Origin: Opitutales bacterium
Lineage (GTDB): Bacteria > Verrucomicrobiota > Verrucomicrobiia > Opitutales > UBA2987
Direction of reading: 5' to 3'
Assembly: GCA_965226885.1 (NCBI GenBank)
Contig: CBDDEL010000016.1
Location: 1-64,000, forward strand
Length of the DNA: 64,000 nucleotides
A model generated the notes under the pieces. The model was not told the DNA's origin. It saw only the letters and a list, made by a program, of their open reading frames with translations, and searched no databases. Both the position numbers and the translations under genes were made by a program. Each line of letters opens with the position of its first letter. The first letter of the stretch is position 1. Below are positions 60,001 to 64,000 of this stretch, one piece after another.

Positions 60001-60248
60001 TATGGAACGAATACTCCAACTGCCTATTCTGGGAGTTATATCACGCAAACTAATATTGCTCGAGAAAAACAATTTTTCTAGTTTCGAGGCAGAACCCTAC
60101 CGCGTCATCCAGACAAACATGGAATTGGCCCGGGAAGGCAAAAAAGGCGGGGTGCTGGTTGTGCAATCCGCCGGCCCGGGAGAGGGGAAATCAACTACCC
60201 TCTACAACCTGGCTGTAGCCATGGCATTAACCGGCCAAAAAGTGCTAG

Positions 60249-61799
60249 CCCGGAAATTTCATAAAAAAAGTATCGCTGATATACAGCAGGATAGATTAAA
60301 CATTAAAGCAATATCAGCGATGACAAAAAGTAAACAATTAGAACTACAGTTGACAAGGGTAAAAGGCCGCCGTGTGCGGGTTGATTTTAAGGGCGGTGAG
60401 GTTACTTCGGATGCCGGGCTGCTTTTGATCCGGGAAGTGGATCGGCGGTTGGGCTTGACCGAGCAAGCGGCCCGGCAATTAGTAGACAAACGGCAGAAGG
60501 GCAAAGTGCGCCATGAGATGCTGGCCATGATCCGGCAGCGCGTTTACGGGCTGGGGGCGGGCTATGAGGATTTGAACGACTTTGACACCCTGCGCCGCGA
60601 TCCTTTGTTGCAAACGGTAACGGGGCGCACTGAAGCGTTGGCCAGCGCGCCGACTTTGTGTCGTTTTGAAAACGGGCAGGATCGGCGGGCAGCCTTTGCC
60701 CTGAACGAGTTGCTGGTCGAACAGTTCATGGGATCCTTTGCCGAGGAACCCGAAGAGATCATCCTGGACTTTGACGCCACCGACAATCCGGTGCACGGGC
60801 TCCAGGAGGGACGTTTTTTCCACGGTTATTATGATCATTACTGTTTTTTGCCGCTGTATGTTTTTTGCGGCGATCAGCTTCTGGTGGCCTACCTGCGGCC
60901 CAGCAAGATCGATGCGAGCAAGCATGCCGGGGCCATCCTCAAATTGCTGGTTAAACGGATTCGCCAAAGCTGGCCCCATACGCGGATTATTTGGCGTGCC
61001 GACAGCGGATTCTGCCGGGATCGGATTCTCTCGTGGTGCGAGCGCAACGAGGTTTATTTTATAGTGGGAACGGCCCGCCATGCACGCTTGCAGCAAGCGG
61101 CCCGGCAGTTGCAGGAGCAAGCCAAACAATGGTTCGAGGGTAGCGGCAAAAAGCAACGGCTGTTTCAGCACTTCGAGTATGGGGCAAAATCGTGGCGGCG
61201 CCAACGCCTTATCATCCACAAAGCCGAACACACCGCACAGGGGTCCAACCCGCGCTTCGTGGTGACGAACCTGCCGGGCGATCCCCAAGAGCTTTACGAC
61301 AAAGTATACTGTGGCCGCGGTGAGATGGAGAACCGGATCAAGGAACAGATGCAATTGTTCAGCGAACGCACCAGCGCGCATAAATGGTGGGCCAACCAGT
61401 GGCGATTGCTCTTGTCGGGGCTGGCCTACACCTTGATGGAAGCCTTGCGCCGGTTCGCATTAAAAGGGACGAAGTGGGCGCGGCTCCAATGCCACAGTCT
61501 ACGGCTAAAATTAATCAAGATCGGAGCGGTCATCGTGCGCAACACCCGAACGATTCACTTTCATCTAAGTGAAAGTTATCCATGGGCCAGTCTTTTCAAC
61601 CATGCGGCCCGCCGGTTGGTGCCAACCTAAAGGGCGCATTGGCGCTGCCCCCGGCGCTACCGAACCAATGGGGGAAAGGGGGAAGTGTCTCTACACCCTG
61701 AAAAACACCTCAAAATCAAGACGATCCGCCCAAAATACAAAGAAATCCATCTCCAATAGCAATAACGAGCCAAACTTTACCCTTCATGAAATATCCGGG
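60249..61799 (+). mobile_element. IS1380 diverged isoform; transposase 60320-61630 intact
   Basis: Left IR CCCGGAAATTTC, right IR GAAATATCCGGG. Many substitutions relative to the main isoform. Confidence 0.93.
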
Positions 61800-63421
61800 C
61801 TAGGCCGCCGCTTTGGTTTTTAGTTCGTCTTGCTGGGCCAGCATCTTGGCTACTTTCCATAGGTTGTGCGAGAGTACCGACCAGGCTACGCTGATCGAGC
61901 GGTTGGCAAAGCCTTTGCTGCGCAACCGCCCGGCCTGCCAGCGATTCTTCAATACCCCGATCCGCCCTTCGGTGCTGGCCCGGCGCTTTTGCAATTGTCT
62001 GAACAGTGGTTCCTCCATCCGTTTTTTCAACTGCTTCGGATCGCGTGGACAGAGCGCGTCGTAGATTCCCTCCTGGGCTAACTGCCGGCGGGCCCGCTGG
62101 GAGGCAAATCCCCGGTCCGCGCACATGGCCGCTATGGGTTCTTCCAGGTTGAAGCGGTTCTGTCTTTGCAAACTCTCTTGCATTTGTTCATTTTCGCTTG
62201 GAGTTCGGCTGCCGTAGAGTTTCCAGTCCAGCAGGTACCCTTCAACGCTTTCTCCCAAAAAAAGGGTGTTGCCGAACTCGACCTCTTGGCCCGCTTTACC
62301 TCGCACAATCACCTGCCCATCGAGTTCGTAAACACTCAAGACTTTCTCTGCGTTTTTCACCTGGCGGCCGCCAATGATCCGCTCGTGCGCCTGTTTGATG
62401 ACCACCGGGATTTGCTCGCTCATGCGCTCCATCCGGGCGAGGATCTGTTGGACCTGTTTTTCGCTGTAATCGCTTTGCTCCCAGCAGGCTTGCAATAATT
62501 CCCGGTGACTGCGGGCATGCTCCCCGATCCGTTTGAGCAGCTTTTTCATCTGCCTCAAGATACCCTTGCGCTGCCGCGCGCTGTCCTTTCGCCGCCGGCT
62601 GTGGGTCATCTGTATGCACAGCCGATTCATCTGCCGAGCCAAGGGCTCCGGTTCGATCGGCATGCGATGGCGCAAACCGGCCTTCTCGCGGATCAGCCGG
62701 ATCGCTTTGAGCAACGTGCCGGCTACATCCTTGAGTAATACCCAGTCCGTCGGCCAATGAATGTTAGCCTCCAAACAGGTGCCGTCGATCAGGCAAATGG
62801 TGGGGTCAATCGGCTTGTCCAATCCCACCTGCCGGGCCAGAAGGGCATCGGCCACCACCTCAGTCAAGGTCCGGTGCAAGGCCCTCAACTGCTCTTCGCT
62901 GAAAAACTTCGAGGCCCGCTCCAGGGTGCTTTTGGAGATGCCCCTGATGCCATCGATCTGCCGGACACGGCAAAAGTCGGCCAACAGATCGCTGCTGCCC
63001 AGAGCCCGCGACAAATGCCGAAACGAAATCCCTCCGAGCAGACGGCCCAGCGTATCCATGCGCAGTGCCTTGATGGCAAAACTGGCCCGCTGCCGCCGGG
63101 CCTTTAGACCCATTGGCGGCCACCCCTCCAAGGCCAGCTCAATGGCCTGCGATTCAACCTCCGAGTCGATCAGCAGCCGATCGATTCGATCAATGGTGGC
63201 GCGGAAGTTATCGTAATCGAGGCACCGGTCGACCACAGTTAAAGCTGGACGCAGGAGGCATTGGATGGCTATATTTTTCATAGAAAGGGCTATATTGATT
63301 TTCGCTAACTCAATTATAGAACCCTTTTTTGGCCGGATCGAGCAAAAACTTGCTCTTTCCGGCTCTTTTTATCAACGTCATCCAGTTGACTATAAAATCT
63401 TTATATTTTTGGGACAGCCTC
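61800..63421 (-). mobile_element. IS5/IS1182-like DDE element (transposase 61800-63281); right end lost
   Basis: IDGTCLE, GKAGQEVEFG, ADRGF, RRASTEGRIG. Probable left end GAGGCTGTCCC near 63421. Family uncertain. Confidence 0.75.
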
Positions 63422-64000
63422 TAGGTAAAACCAGGGGAAGGTCTTTCCTTCTGTTGGAGGTTTCCACAGCACTGATTCCTTTTGTATCGAAAAATCTTCT
63501 TACTCACCCCGTATCAGGTGCGAGTCGCAGTCGCTCTACTCGCTTCAGCATGGTTCGAAACATTTCTCTTGGGATGGCCACCTCAGCCATCTGGAAAGTG
63601 ATATACTTGGCATGGTGGATCACCTTTGCTCCGATTTTGATGAGTTTCTCCCGTAAAGAGCTCAGCATCCAGTGCTTCACCTTTGGGGGAAGGATCAACC
63701 GGCGCATGAAGTTACCCAGATTGTAGGCTAAGCCGAAGAGTTGAAGCCGAACGGCGTTGTCCTCAAAGTCATGGCAGGACAAGCGGGTCCAGTGGATGGC
63801 ATGTTTGCCCTCTTTGATCCACTGCTCTGCGGTGCTCCGGTGGTTGTAAAATTTCACTACCTTCCTGGGTGGCCAGTTCAGATTTGTCACGATGAAACCG
63901 ACCCGCGCAAATAACTCTCCGGCCTGCCACTCGACCTTGGCCACCACCCGGCGAGCTCTCTGCCAACTGGCGGCTTGATACTAAAAGCTCGCATAAAACA
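63422..64000 (-). mobile_element. Third IS1380-family type, 3' part (cut by window edge)
   Basis: GFIVTNL, FYNHRSTAEQWIKEGK, RLSCH.F..N.VRLQL, LREKLIKIGAK. Confidence 0.85.

Larger units (their letters stand above)
56665..60248 (+). pseudogene. wzc: Wzc/GumC-like polysaccharide co-polymerase / tyrosine autokinase
   Basis: TM1, coiled coil, P..P..P-TM2, DTSFRSIED..R.L.LPILG, AEPYRVIQTN, Walker A GEGKST. Disrupted by the repeat array, IS3 and IS1380. Confidence 0.88.

Noticed and set aside
59936..61630. 564-aa kinase-transposase fusion protein
   Set aside because: Chance read-through from the IS3 end through a wzc fragment into IS1380. The transposase has its own ATG at 60320.
60245..61803. 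CTAG on both sides as a true TSD
   Set aside because: The flanks are unrelated (wzc vs a transposase stop). The match reflects target preference plus recombination.

Overview
A heavily decaying bacterial chromosome segment. By my hand tally of element boundaries, about 40 of the 64 kb (roughly 63%) is insertion sequence: IS1380 (three types), IS3 (two types), IS1 (two types), IS21, IS4, IS630 and an IS5/IS1182-like element. Many copies are nested, and many have mismatched flanks from recombination. Most host genes are pseudogenes. They include an exopolysaccharide/exosortase system (exosortase-EpsI, Wzx-like flippase, O-antigen ligase/Wzy-like protein, GT2, GT4, sulfotransferase, outer-membrane beta-barrel, Wzc-like kinase, GT-C-like membrane protein), a DUF885 protein and a class III cyclase-TPR protein. 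Intact genes are a DCC1-LMF1 fusion, the IS-free block SYLF/cdd/kamA/arsR/merR/thioredoxin-like-MerC, a Cache protein and a sigma-54 response regulator. The gene style suggests Verrucomicrobiota (Opitutia), possibly a symbiont in early genome reduction (inference). The most unusual signal is not an IS. At least 14 loci carry exact 10-26 bp head-to-tail duplications with little or no microhomology, all in pseudogenes or IS copies. One 26-bp coding segment of wzc is amplified to 26 copies and was later hit by IS3. No CRISPR array, rRNA or tRNA was found.
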